Origin: Clostridia bacterium | GTDB lineage: Bacteria > Bacillota > Clostridia > Christensenellales > UBA1242 | NCBI GenBank assembly: GCA_045638465.1 | Contig: JAZUBK010000017.1 | Location: forward strand, 1 to 48,608 | Direction: 5' to 3' | Length of the DNA stretch: 48,608 bases | In this document: positions 18,259 to 27,763 of the stretch, one piece after another | Position numbering within the stretch: the first letter of the stretch is position 1 | Layout of the letters: each line of letters opens with the position of its first letter | The notes under the pieces: model-generated | The model's input: only the letters and a program-made list of their open reading frames with translations | Told to the model about the DNA's origin: nothing | Database searches by the model: none | Translations under genes and position numbers: made by a program

Positions 18259-18310
18259 TGTAAAGTAAACTTACTTTACATAGTATATACCTATATATAT
18301 TGTTTGTCAA
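18259..18310 (-). promoter_or_regulatory. SigA promoter of ylxM-ffh with a downstream palindrome
   Basis: TTGACA-17 bp-TATACT (18282-18310); perfect inverted repeat TGTAAAGTAA-N2-TTACTTTACA at 18259-18280. Confidence 0.8.
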
Positions 18311-18338
18311 GCATAAATTTTAACTTTTCATCTAAAAA

Positions 18339-19238
18339 TTAATCTAAAATAGCGGAAACAAATTCTTCGCTATTAAACTCATCTAAATCGTCAAGTCCTT
18401 CACCAACACCAATAAAGCAAACTGGAACATTAAGCTCTTGAACAATAGAAAATACTACTCCACCTTTGCTTGTTCCATCAAGTTTGGTAAGAACTATGCC
18501 ATCTATACCAACAGCATCTTTGAAAGCGTTAACTTGAGATATTGAGTTTTGGCCGATTGTAGCGTCTAGTACAATAAGGTTGCAAACATTTGCTTCTTCC
18601 CATTCTCTACCGATTACTCTACCAATTTTTTTAAGCTCTTCCATAAGATTTACTTTGGTATGAAGTCTACCAGCAGTGTCTACAATCAAAACGTCTGTCT
18701 TTTTAGCTTTAGCTGAGGCAATACCATCGTATACTACAGCTGCAGCATCAGCTCCTTCTGTATGTTTTACAATTTTTACATCGCTACGTTTTGCCCACTC
18801 ATTTAGTTGCTCACTAGCAGCCGCTCTAAAAGTATCTCCTGCAACCAAAGTTACAGACTTGCCTTTCTTTTTAAAATAATTAGAAAGTTTACCGATAGTA
18901 GTTGTTTTTCCTACGCCATTTACACCTACAACCAAGATTACTTGTGGATATTCCCACTCATATTTTGGGGCATTGTCCAAAATATCAATAAGTACAGTCT
19001 TTAGAGCGTTTTTCGCCTCTTCTGCCTTATAAATCTTTTGTTTTTTAATCTCTTGTTTTAGGTTTTCGATGATGGTTGCAGATGTTTCTGCACCAATATC
19101 TGAGCTAATTAGTATAAATTCAAGTTCATCATAAAAATCGTCATTAATTTCGCCAAGCCCGAACAAACTGTTTAGCTTGTTAACAAAATTGTCTTTAGTC
19201 TTTTTAAGTCCATTTAATAATTTAGTAAAAAATCCCAT
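18339..19238 (-). CDS. ftsY: SRP receptor FtsY (short form, NG domain only)
   Basis: GVNGVGKTTTIGK, DTFRAAA, DTAGRLH and TKLDGTSKGG. Confidence 0.98.
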   Translation of the reverse strand: MGFFTKLLNGLKKTKDNFVNKLNSLFGLGEINDDFYDELEFILISSDIGAETSATIIENLKQEIKKQKIYKAEEAKNALKTVLIDILDNAPKYEWEYPQVILVVGVNGVGKTTTIGKLSNYFKKKGKSVTLVAGDTFRAAASEQLNEWAKRSDVKIVKHTEGADAAAVVYDGIASAKAKKTDVLIVDTAGRLHTKVNLMEELKKIGRVIGREWEEANVCNLIVLDATIGQNSISQVNAFKDAVGIDGIVLTKLDGTSKGGVVFSIVQELNVPVCFIGVGEGLDDLDEFNSEEFVSAILD

Positions 19239-19277
19239 AATCCACCTTTATAACATATTTATTATAATACAAAATAT

Positions 19278-19315
19278 AAAAAAACAAAACAATATTTAGT
19301 AAAATACTGTTTTGC
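19278..19315 (-). terminator. Intrinsic terminator after smc
   Basis: CAAAACAGTATTT/AAATATTGTTTTG hairpin plus T-run. Confidence 0.65.
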
Positions 19316-19325
19316 TCTTTTAATT

Positions 19326-22300
19326 TTATTTTGCGTTTTTAACTGCTTCACTAAGGTTAACAGAAACTTGTTTAGAAACACCTTTTTCTTCCATAGTGAT
19401 ACCATATAGTCTATCAGCAAGTTCCATAGTTGGTTTTCTGTGGGTTATAACTATAAATTGAGTTTCTTGAGAGAATCTCTTTAGGTATCTTGCAAATCTA
19501 TCTACGTTAGCATCGTCTAGCGCTGCCTCTATTTCGTCAAGAAGACAGAAAGGCATTGGACGAAGTTTAAGTATAGCAAATAGAATAGCAATAGCAGTAA
19601 GTGCTTTTTCACCACCAGATAGAAGGGTGATACTTTGTAGTTTTTTGCCAGGTGGCTCAGCTACAATTTCTACACCAGCAGCTAGTGGGTCTTCACTTTC
19701 GGTAAGTTCAAGTCTTGCATTACCGCCACCAAATAGCTCTTTGAATATCTTGCTGAAGTTTTCTTGAATCTTATTAAATTCAGTTTCAAATCTAGTAATC
19801 ATTTCTGTAGACAACTCTTTGATTACTTGGACAAGGTCTTCTTTAGCCTTCATCAAATCATCAACTTGAGTTCTATAATGTTCGTATCTTTCACAAACAA
19901 GTTTGCTCTCTTCGATAGCGTTAACGTTAACATGACCAAGTTTAGAAATTTCTTTTTTAAGAAGTGCTGTTTGAGTAAGGCCTTCTTTGATATCATAATC
20001 TTCTTGTTTAAATGGTAAACAAGTCTCATATGTAAGTTCATAATCTTCAAAAATCTTCTCTTGCATAGCTTCGATATCAGTATCAACTTTTGTAAGTGAA
20101 GCTTCTTCTTGATATCTCTTGTCAAGAGCTCTGTTTTGCTCACCAGTAAGCACAGATCTTTCGTCATCGTACTTTTTGATTTGTTGTTGAAGATTTGCTT
20201 TGTGTCCGTCTAATGATGCTAGTTTTGTTTTTACTTCATCTAGTTCTTTTACTGATTTTTCAGTAGAAGCTTTGTCTTTACTCTCATCAACAGATAGAGT
20301 TGCTCCAGAAATAGCACCATCTAGTTGACCGATAACATCTTCTAGGTCAACAATGTTTCTATCTGTTACAGTAATAGAATTTGTAAGTCTTTCGATTTCG
20401 CCATCAAGAGCCATAATTTCACTTTCGATACTAGCAATATTTACTTTAATTGCAGTCATATCTTCGTGGTATTTATCTTTTTGAGCTTTTAGGTCGTTAT
20501 AAATCCTTTGTCTCATTTCAATATTTTCTTCAGCATCAGATTTAGTAACTTCCATTTCGTCTTTGCCATCTACTTGAGCTATAGCCTTTGAGATAAGTTC
20601 AATTCTCTCAAAAACTGCAAGTCTTTCTTGAGCAAGGGCCATTCTTTCTTTATCGTGCTCTTCAATAAAGATATTAAATTGTTCAAGAAGTTGACTCTTT
20701 TGAGCGTTGTTTACTTGAGTTGACACTGCTTGAGCGTTTGCTTTTTCAAGCTCTAGTGAAAGCGCTGCAAGTTTTTTATCATAAACTTCTTTATCAGCTT
20801 TTCTACTATCAAGAGATTTTCTTAGTTTTTCTAGCTGTTTAGAAAGTTCTTCTATTTCTGCATCACGCATCAAAATATTAGATGTTATAGCTTTTTTGCT
20901 ACCACCAGACATAGAACCTTGTGGGTTGATTACATCGCCATCTAGCGTTACGATTTTGAAAGCAAAGTTACTTGCCTTTGCCAAAGAAGCTGCATCATCG
21001 ATAGTATCTACGACTACAGTTCTACCAAGTAGTGACTCAAAAATATTTTTCAATTTTTTGTCATATTTTACAATGTCACTAGCTACGCCGTGGCAGTGAT
21101 TTCTATTTAAGAATTTTTCTTCTCTTCCGTCCAAAACTTTTGGCTTCATAGAAGAAATAGGAAGAAATGTTGCTCTACCTAAATTGTTTTGTTTTAGGTA
21201 ATTAATAAGAGCCTTACCATCATCTTCATCACTAGTAATGATGTTTTGAACGGCATTACCAAGTGCTACTTCGATAGCGGTTTCAAAACCTTGAGGAATA
21301 GTCATTGATGCTGCAACAACACCAACAATCTTGCTCTTTAGTTCTTTGTTGTGTTCGCTATCTTGCATAAGTCTTTTTACAGAATAGTTAAAGCCATCAT
21401 AATCTCTTTGCATATCTTCCAAAACTTTCTTTCTGTTTTCCATAATTTGAATGTTAGAAGATGAGTTTATGATATATTCGTTATTTTCATCATTTTGAGT
21501 TTTTAATTCTTGTAAAGAATTAGATATTGTTTCAACTGTTTGCTTAGCTTTGATATATGCATCATAAGCGTCAGTTGCTTCTTGAGAAATAACTAATTGT
21601 TCTTTTTGTCTTTCTGCAATCTTTGATACCAAACTTTCAATCTTTTTGTCCAACTCTTCTAGGTTTGCAGTATACGCTACTTTTTCAGCCTTCAAAGCAG
21701 ACAAATTTGATTTGATATCAGTAAGTTTAGACAAAGCATCAATCATTTGTTTTTGTTTTAGGTTAGCTTCTTGTTCGCTTTGGGTTAATTCATCTACGAT
21801 AGCCAAGTATTTATCAGAAATATCGCTAGAATGTTTTTTCAAAGTTTCAAGATAGGTTTGTTGATTTACTTTTTTGTCTTGATTTGATTTTAGTTGAGCA
21901 ATCATCATATCTTTGCTTGTTTTTTGTCTTTCAAGTTCAGCTTTCTTTTGCTCATACTCTTCTTTCAAAAATTTAATTCTTTCTCTTACAACATTTGCCT
22001 CACCAGCACGTTTTTCAAGGAAAACTGTAAGGTGCAATATACGGTCATGAAGTTCGTTCATAGTTTTGTCTATTTTGCTAACTTCGTCCATACTTTCGTT
22101 GTATTTGTTTGTGGCTAAGTTAATGCCTTTTTGCTTCAATTCTATTTCTTCGTTTAAAGCATCAATTCTCTCTTGAATCTTTGCCTTAGTTGACGCTGCA
22201 GATTCGTATTGATAAATGTAGTTGTTTACTTCATACTTTTTAAGTTCATCTCTAAACTCTAAGAATTTTTTTGCAGCTTCGGCTTGTCTTTGAAGTGGTC

Positions 22301-22907
22301 CTACTTGTCTTTCTAGCTCGTCTAAGATAATTTGAACACTGTTTAGGTTTTCTTGTGTTCTCTCTAGTTTTCTTTCGTTTTCTACTTTTCTTGCTTTAAA
22401 CTTAGCAATTCCTGCAGCCTCTTCAAAGATTGCTCTACGGTTTTCAGGCTTAGAGCTGATAATTTCTTCTACCTTACCTTGACCGATAATAGAATAACCT
22501 TCTCTACCAACACCAGAATCATGCAAAGCATTAGTTATATCTTTTAGACGGCATGGTGTTCTATTGATAAGGTATTCACTTTCGCCAGAACGATATAGTT
22601 TACGAGTGATAACAATTTCATCAAAGTCAAGATTGAAGTTTCTGTTTGTGTTATCAAAAACTAGTGATACCTCACAATAACTCAAGCTTTTTCTTTTTTC
22701 TGTACCATTAAAGATAACGTCTTGCATAGAACTACCACGAAGGTTTTTAGAGCTTTGTTCACCCAAAACCCATCTAATAGAGTCTGCAACATTACTTTTT
22801 CCACAGCCGTTAGGTCCTACAATTGCAGTAATACCAGAGTCAAATTTAATAACTGTCTTATCTGCAAATGATTTGAAACCTGCAAGTTCGATTTGTTTGA
22901 AATTCAT
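19326..22907 (-). CDS. smc: Chromosome segregation ATPase SMC
   Basis: GFKSFAD, GPNGCGKSN, hinge GRATFLP, LSGGEK, LDEIEAALD and long coiled coils. Confidence 0.99.
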   Translation of the reverse strand: MNFKQIELAGFKSFADKTVIKFDSGITAIVGPNGCGKSNVADSIRWVLGEQSSKNLRGSSMQDVIFNGTEKRKSLSYCEVSLVFDNTNRNFNLDFDEIVITRKLYRSGESEYLINRTPCRLKDITNALHDSGVGREGYSIIGQGKVEEIISSKPENRRAIFEEAAGIAKFKARKVENERKLERTQENLNSVQIILDELERQVGPLQRQAEAAKKFLEFRDELKKYEVNNYIYQYESAASTKAKIQERIDALNEEIELKQKGINLATNKYNESMDEVSKIDKTMNELHDRILHLTVFLEKRAGEANVVRERIKFLKEEYEQKKAELERQKTSKDMMIAQLKSNQDKKVNQQTYLETLKKHSSDISDKYLAIVDELTQSEQEANLKQKQMIDALSKLTDIKSNLSALKAEKVAYTANLEELDKKIESLVSKIAERQKEQLVISQEATDAYDAYIKAKQTVETISNSLQELKTQNDENNEYIINSSSNIQIMENRKKVLEDMQRDYDGFNYSVKRLMQDSEHNKELKSKIVGVVAASMTIPQGFETAIEVALGNAVQNIITSDEDDGKALINYLKQNNLGRATFLPISSMKPKVLDGREEKFLNRNHCHGVASDIVKYDKKLKNIFESLLGRTVVVDTIDDAASLAKASNFAFKIVTLDGDVINPQGSMSGGSKKAITSNILMRDAEIEELSKQLEKLRKSLDSRKADKEVYDKKLAALSLELEKANAQAVSTQVNNAQKSQLLEQFNIFIEEHDKERMALAQERLAVFERIELISKAIAQVDGKDEMEVTKSDAEENIEMRQRIYNDLKAQKDKYHEDMTAIKVNIASIESEIMALDGEIERLTNSITVTDRNIVDLEDVIGQLDGAISGATLSVDESKDKASTEKSVKELDEVKTKLASLDGHKANLQQQIKKYDDERSVLTGEQNRALDKRYQEEASLTKVDTDIEAMQEKIFEDYELTYETCLPFKQEDYDIKEGLTQTALLKKEISKLGHVNVNAIEESKLVCERYEHYRTQVDDLMKAKEDLVQVIKELSTEMITRFETEFNKIQENFSKIFKELFGGGNARLELTESEDPLAAGVEIVAEPPGKKLQSITLLSGGEKALTAIAILFAILKLRPMPFCLLDEIEAALDDANVDRFARYLKRFSQETQFIVITHRKPTMELADRLYGITMEEKGVSKQVSVNLSEAVKNAK

Positions 22908-22910
22908 TAG

Positions 22911-23561
22911 TTAATTTCCTTTTAGTATATTTATTGCATTTTTTGCAGCTACTTTATCAGCCTCTTGCTTGGTCTTGCCAGAGCCAGTCGCCACAATTTT
23001 ATCATCTATTACAACAGCTCTTACAAAAAGTTCATCATCTTTTTCCAAATCAATATAATTTGGTCTTATATGCTCTTTTTGTACAAGCTCTTGCAAAGTT
23101 GTCTTATAATCTAAATTATTCTCAGCAAGAAAACTGATTTTTGCTTCAAAATCTATATTTTGACACACAAAGTTTCTTGCACTATCTAGGCCACCATCAA
23201 GATAAATAGCACCCAAAACACTCTCAAAGACATCAGATTTTAGTTTGGTTGATAGTTCTTGTTTTTTCAAACTTCCACCTATTTTTAGGTGCTCCATCAA
23301 ACCAAGCTTTTCTACTATTTCACTCAAAGAATATTTATCAACTATTTGTTTTTTCCACTCGGTTAGTTTGCCTTCGTCTTCTTTGTATAAATGATAGATT
23401 TTTTCTCTTACGATAAGTTCCAAAACACTATCACCCAAAAACTCAAGCCTTTCACCACTATCAATTTTGTGTTCGTTGCCATAAGTTGAGTGAGTCAAAG
23501 CCCTGTCCAAAAGGCTTTTGTCACAAAAATGATAACCTAGTAATTTTTCAATATTTTCCAT
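22911..23561 (-). CDS. rnc: Ribonuclease III
   Basis: ALTHST, ERLEFLGDSVL, DVFESVLGAIYLD and the dsRBD DYKTTLQE. Confidence 0.97.
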   Translation of the reverse strand: MENIEKLLGYHFCDKSLLDRALTHSTYGNEHKIDSGERLEFLGDSVLELIVREKIYHLYKEDEGKLTEWKKQIVDKYSLSEIVEKLGLMEHLKIGGSLKKQELSTKLKSDVFESVLGAIYLDGGLDSARNFVCQNIDFEAKISFLAENNLDYKTTLQELVQKEHIRPNYIDLEKDDELFVRAVVIDDKIVATGSGKTKQEADKVAAKNAINILKGN

Positions 23562-23564
23562 ATA

Positions 23565-24572
23565 TTAGCCTTCTACATTAATAGCAGGAATGTTTTGCTC
23601 GATAGTTTTGATAAACTCAGACTCATGCATCTTCATTACTTGCTCTACACATCTAAGTATAGCCAAACTATCACTAGAGCCATGAGATTTTATCACAAGT
23701 TTTCTAACCCCTAAGAAAGGTGAACCACCATAGTTTGAAGTGTTAAGTTTTGCTTTAATACCTTTAAAAGCGCCTCTCATAAATAGTGCACCAATTTTAG
23801 CAACAAAACTTGATTTTATTTCTTTCTTTACTTGGCTTAGAGCAAACATAACAGCACCTTCTGTAGATTTTAGAAGGATATTGCCATAAAAACCATCAGC
23901 CAAAACGATATCGTATTCGCCTGACATAAAGTCTCTTGCTTCCATATTTCCTACAAAGTTAATACCTGGCATTTCTTTCAAAAGGCCAAAGCACTCTTTA
24001 GTAAATTCATTACCTTTTTTATCCTCAGTACCAATGTTTAAAAGTGCAACTCTTGGGTTTTCTATTCCAACAACAGATTTCATATAGGTAGTTGCAAGTA
24101 ACGCAAAATGGCAAAGGTTAATTGGTTTGCAATCAACGTTAGCACCTGCATCTACAAGCATAACTTGACCACCATTTTTTGTTGGCAAAATAGGAGAAAG
24201 ACAAGGTCTTGATATGCCCCTTATTCTACCTACCTTCAAAAACGAACCAGTCAAAATCGCACCTGTTGATCCTGCAGAAATAAGACCTGCAACATCAGGG
24301 CTTTTTAAAATATCAAAAGCTCTTACCAAAGAAGAATCAGTTTTGTGTTTGATAGCGTCTGTTGGCGTGTCGTCATTTGTGATAACATCTTCTGCATTTA
24401 CAATAGAGATTTTATCGCCAGTATAGTTTAGCTCTTGCAAAACTTTTTTTATCTCTACTTCTTTGCCTGTCAAGATAATCTCAACATCATATTGACTAAC
24501 CGCTCTTACAGCGCCTTTTACTATTTCAAATGGGGCTTTGTCGCCACCAAAAGCATCAATTACTATTTTCAT
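23565..24572 (-). CDS. plsX: Phosphate acyltransferase PlsX
   Basis: IDAFGGDKAP, SAGSTGA, DAGANVD, NIGTE, DGFYGNI and KSHGSS. Confidence 0.97.
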   Translation of the reverse strand: MKIVIDAFGGDKAPFEIVKGAVRAVSQYDVEIILTGKEVEIKKVLQELNYTGDKISIVNAEDVITNDDTPTDAIKHKTDSSLVRAFDILKSPDVAGLISAGSTGAILTGSFLKVGRIRGISRPCLSPILPTKNGGQVMLVDAGANVDCKPINLCHFALLATTYMKSVVGIENPRVALLNIGTEDKKGNEFTKECFGLLKEMPGINFVGNMEARDFMSGEYDIVLADGFYGNILLKSTEGAVMFALSQVKKEIKSSFVAKIGALFMRGAFKGIKAKLNTSNYGGSPFLGVRKLVIKSHGSSDSLAILRCVEQVMKMHESEFIKTIEQNIPAINVEG

Positions 24573-24595
24573 AAAATCCTCACATTACAAAGTAT

Positions 24596-24624
24596 ATTAT
24601 ACATAAATATATTATATTTAGCAA
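24596..24624 (-). promoter_or_regulatory. SigA promoter of plsX-rnc-smc
   Basis: TTGCTA-17 bp-TATAAT. Confidence 0.6.
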
Positions 24625-24658
24625 ACAATTTTTTAGCATTTGAAAAGGTGTAGGCAAT

Positions 24659-24685
24659 AAAAAAGCAGACAAAAAACTGTCTGCT
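24659..24685 (-). terminator. Intrinsic terminator after rpmF
   Basis: AGCAGACA/TGTCTGCT hairpin plus T-run. Confidence 0.8.
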
Positions 24686-24709
24686 AAAAAACTAATTAAA
24701 TTGTTTTAA

Positions 24710-24904
24710 TTATTTGCTTTCTTTTTCTTCTTTTTGAGCTACTCTTTCTTTTCCGTCATAGTAACCACAAGCTTTACAAACTACGTGAGGTTGTTTAAGC
24801 TCTTTGCAATGTGGACACTCAACAAGAGTAGGAACACCAGCCTTCCAGTTAGCTTTACGGCTATTTTTTCTTGCTTTTGATACTTTAACCTTTGGAACTG
24901 CCAT
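24710..24904 (-). CDS. rpmF: 50S ribosomal protein L32 (zinc-binding form)
   Basis: MAVPK.KVSKAR and CPHC...PHVVCKACGYY. Confidence 0.98.
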   Translation of the reverse strand: MAVPKVKVSKARKNSRKANWKAGVPTLVECPHCKELKQPHVVCKACGYYDGKERVAQKEEKESK

Positions 24905-24906
24905 TT

Positions 24907-25419
24907 TTATCTATCCTCCTGCTTATATTTCAATTTATAAAATGGATTGTCTTGATTATCAAGCTCTTGTTTTATCTGTTGACAATTACAAGAGTGATAA
25001 TTCAGGTTCTTGCCACACCTATCACACAAACCTTTACAATCATCTTTGCAGACGATTCTTGAAGGTAGGTTTTCAAAAAAGTTGTCAACAACCATTGGTG
25101 TAACATCTACCGAAGTAGAACCTATTTCATAATAGTTACTATCATCACTATTGCTTTTTGCAAAAACTTCTTCTATAGGAAATGTAAAACTCTTTTCTAA
25201 ATCTTCTCCACACAAGTCGCAAAATGCTTTGATCGAAACCTCAGCATTAGCTGTAAGCTTTAATGCTTCAAACTCATAAACAAGAGTGCCTACAAGTCTG
25301 CAAGGAGATGTAAAAGTGTAACCTTTTTCCTCTATTAAATTATTATCCATAGGCACGTCAATAGCAAAATCTATTGCCTTGCCTTGTGAGTTTTTAGCAA
25401 TTTGAAAATCTAATAACAT
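24907..25419 (-). CDS. yceD: YceD/DUF177 family protein
   Basis: CDLC and CKDDCKGLCDRCGKNLN...CNC; directly upstream of rpmF. Confidence 0.92.
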   Translation of the reverse strand: MLLDFQIAKNSQGKAIDFAIDVPMDNNLIEEKGYTFTSPCRLVGTLVYEFEALKLTANAEVSIKAFCDLCGEDLEKSFTFPIEEVFAKSNSDDSNYYEIGSTSVDVTPMVVDNFFENLPSRIVCKDDCKGLCDRCGKNLNYHSCNCQQIKQELDNQDNPFYKLKYKQEDR

Positions 25420-25434
25420 ATAAAACCACGACCT

Positions 25435-25463
25435 ATTATAATCAAACTAACGTAATTTGTCAA
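25435..25463 (-). promoter_or_regulatory. Consensus SigA promoter of yceD-rpmF
   Basis: TTGACA-17 bp-TATAAT, a perfect consensus. Confidence 0.85.
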
Positions 25464-25466
25464 CTA

Positions 25467-26669
25467 TTATTTGTTTGAAATTACTTTTTTTGTTTCTCTA
25501 GCGATCAAAAGTTCTTCATCTGTAGGAATAATATATACTTTTACCTTAGAATTTGGTTTAGTAAGTAAGTTTACTTCGCCTCTTTTGAAGTTTCTGTTTG
25601 CCTCAAAGTCAAAATCAACACCAAGGTATTCCATATCTTTCATTACGCCTTCTCTTAGTTCAAAGCTATTTTCACCAATACCAGCGGTAAAGATAATAGC
25701 GTCTGGACCATTAAGTGCAGCAGAATAAGAACCAATGTATTTTTTCAATCTATAGTAGCACATATCAAGTGCTAGTCTTGCTCTAGCATTACCTTCGCCA
25801 GCTGCGGCATTAACATCTCTGTTGTCAGAAGAAATACCAGTAATACCCAAAAGACCACTCTTTTTGTTTACTGTGTTAGTAAATTCAGCAATAGACATAC
25901 CAGTTTTGTTCATGATATGCTCTGCAACTGCTGGGTCAAAGTCACCACTACGTGTGCCCATGATAAGACCTTCAAGTGGAGTAAGTCCCATGCTTGTATC
26001 AAAACATTTACCATTTTTTACAGCAGACACACTAGCACCGTTACCTACGTGACAAATAATAAGTTTTAAATCTTCTGGATTTTTGCCCATAACACGTGCA
26101 GCTTCACCTGTAATGAATTGGTGGCTCATACCGTGGAAACCATATCTTCTTACGCCATAGTCTTCACACCACTCATAAGGAAGTGCATATCTATATACGT
26201 ATTCTGGCATAGTAGAATGGAACGCAGTATCAAAAAGTGCTACGTTAGGAGTGTTTGGCATAACTTCTTGACATGCTTTAATTCCTGCAATATTTGGAGG
26301 CATATGTAGAGGTCCTAGTGGTACTAGTTCATCTAGCGCTTCCATAACAACTGGGGTAATTAGGGTCGCATCGTCAAATTTTGTGCCACCATGCAAAACT
26401 CTGTGTCCAATAGCAGAGATTTCATCAAAGCTTTTGATTACTCCAATTTTGTCATCTTGCAATGTTTCAAGAACAAGTTTCAAACCTTCTTTATGGTTTG
26501 GAAGTAGTTGATTAATTGTTGTAGCTGTTCCGTTTGCTTTGTGTACAAGTCTAGAGTCTTTTAAACCGATTTTTTCAACTAAACCTTTTGCAATAACGTT
26601 TTCGTTTTCCATATCAATAAGTTGATATTTGATAGAACTACTACCTGCGTTTATAACTAATATTTTCAT
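25467..26669 (-). CDS. ackA: Acetate kinase
   Basis: INAGSSSIK, GHRVLHGG, FDTAFH, RRYGFHG, TSMGLTPLEG and FTAGIGEN. Confidence 0.98.
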   Translation of the reverse strand: MKILVINAGSSSIKYQLIDMENENVIAKGLVEKIGLKDSRLVHKANGTATTINQLLPNHKEGLKLVLETLQDDKIGVIKSFDEISAIGHRVLHGGTKFDDATLITPVVMEALDELVPLGPLHMPPNIAGIKACQEVMPNTPNVALFDTAFHSTMPEYVYRYALPYEWCEDYGVRRYGFHGMSHQFITGEAARVMGKNPEDLKLIICHVGNGASVSAVKNGKCFDTSMGLTPLEGLIMGTRSGDFDPAVAEHIMNKTGMSIAEFTNTVNKKSGLLGITGISSDNRDVNAAAGEGNARARLALDMCYYRLKKYIGSYSAALNGPDAIIFTAGIGENSFELREGVMKDMEYLGVDFDFEANRNFKRGEVNLLTKPNSKVKVYIIPTDEELLIARETKKVISNK

Positions 26670-26679
26670 TATTTTCTCC

Positions 26680-27675
26680 TTAAATTGTTTGTGTTTGGAT
26701 AACAGTAACTGCTGTCATAACAACGATGTCTTCTACATGGCAACCTCTTGATAGGTCGTTAACAGGGAATCTAAAGCCTTGTTGAATTTGACCAACTGCT
26801 TGAAGTCTACCAAATCTTTCTGCAATTTTATAACCGATATTTGCACTAGTAAGGTCTGGGAATACCAAAATGTTTGCCCTACCCGCTACTTTACTCTTTG
26901 GAGCTTTTAGCTTACCTACAGATTCGATAATTGCAGCGTCTAGTTGCATCTCGCCATCTACCTCTGCAATACCTTTTAGTCTCTTTTGAGTAAGTTTTAC
27001 AGCATTTCTGATTTTTTGTAATTCATCACTATTGCCGCCACTACCCATAGTAGAAAATGATAGCATTGCAACTCTTGGTTCAATATCAGCAAGAAGTTTT
27101 GCAGTTTCTACTGTAGAAACTGCAACGTCTGATAGTTGGTTTTCATCTAAAGTAATGTTTAGGCTAGTGTCTGCAAAGAAAATAACATTGTTTTCACCAA
27201 ATTTTAATTTGTCAGTACCAACAAACATTGTACAAGAAGAGATAGTTTTGATTCCTTCTTTTGCTTTGATTATTTGAAGACCTGGTCTTAGAGAATCTGC
27301 AGTTGATGTTTCTGCACCACCTAGTGTGCTATCTGCATATCCGCAATAAACCATCATAGCAGCAAAGTAAAATGGGTTTTCTACAGTTTTCTTTGCTTCT
27401 TTTTCTGTCATACCTTTTGCTTTTCTAAGTTCATATAACTTTTCAGTAAATTCTGGCAAAAGTTCACTCTTTTTAGGATTAATAATAGTAGCACCAGTTA
27501 GTTTATAACCCTTTGCCAATATTTTTTCCTCATCACCTAAAAGAATTGGTCTTGCAACCTTCTTTTTTAAGATGATTTCTACAGCCTTTAGTATTCTGTC
27601 GCTAATTTCTGCTTCAGGAAACACTATAGACTTGTCAAGTTTACTAGCTTTTTGTAGTAATTGTTTAACTTTCAT
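26680..27675 (-). CDS. pta: Phosphate acetyltransferase
   Basis: IVFPEA, PRVAMLSFSTMGSG, DGEMQLDAA and PVNDLSRGC. Confidence 0.96.
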   Translation of the reverse strand: MKVKQLLQKASKLDKSIVFPEAEISDRILKAVEIILKKKVARPILLGDEEKILAKGYKLTGATIINPKKSELLPEFTEKLYELRKAKGMTEKEAKKTVENPFYFAAMMVYCGYADSTLGGAETSTADSLRPGLQIIKAKEGIKTISSCTMFVGTDKLKFGENNVIFFADTSLNITLDENQLSDVAVSTVETAKLLADIEPRVAMLSFSTMGSGGNSDELQKIRNAVKLTQKRLKGIAEVDGEMQLDAAIIESVGKLKAPKSKVAGRANILVFPDLTSANIGYKIAERFGRLQAVGQIQQGFRFPVNDLSRGCHVEDIVVMTAVTVIQTQTI

Positions 27676-27763
27676 TTTTGCACCCCTAAATTGTTTGTTA
27701 TTTAACTATTTTTAGTATATACTTACTATAATACAAAACAACTAAAAAGTAAATTAAAAAAAT

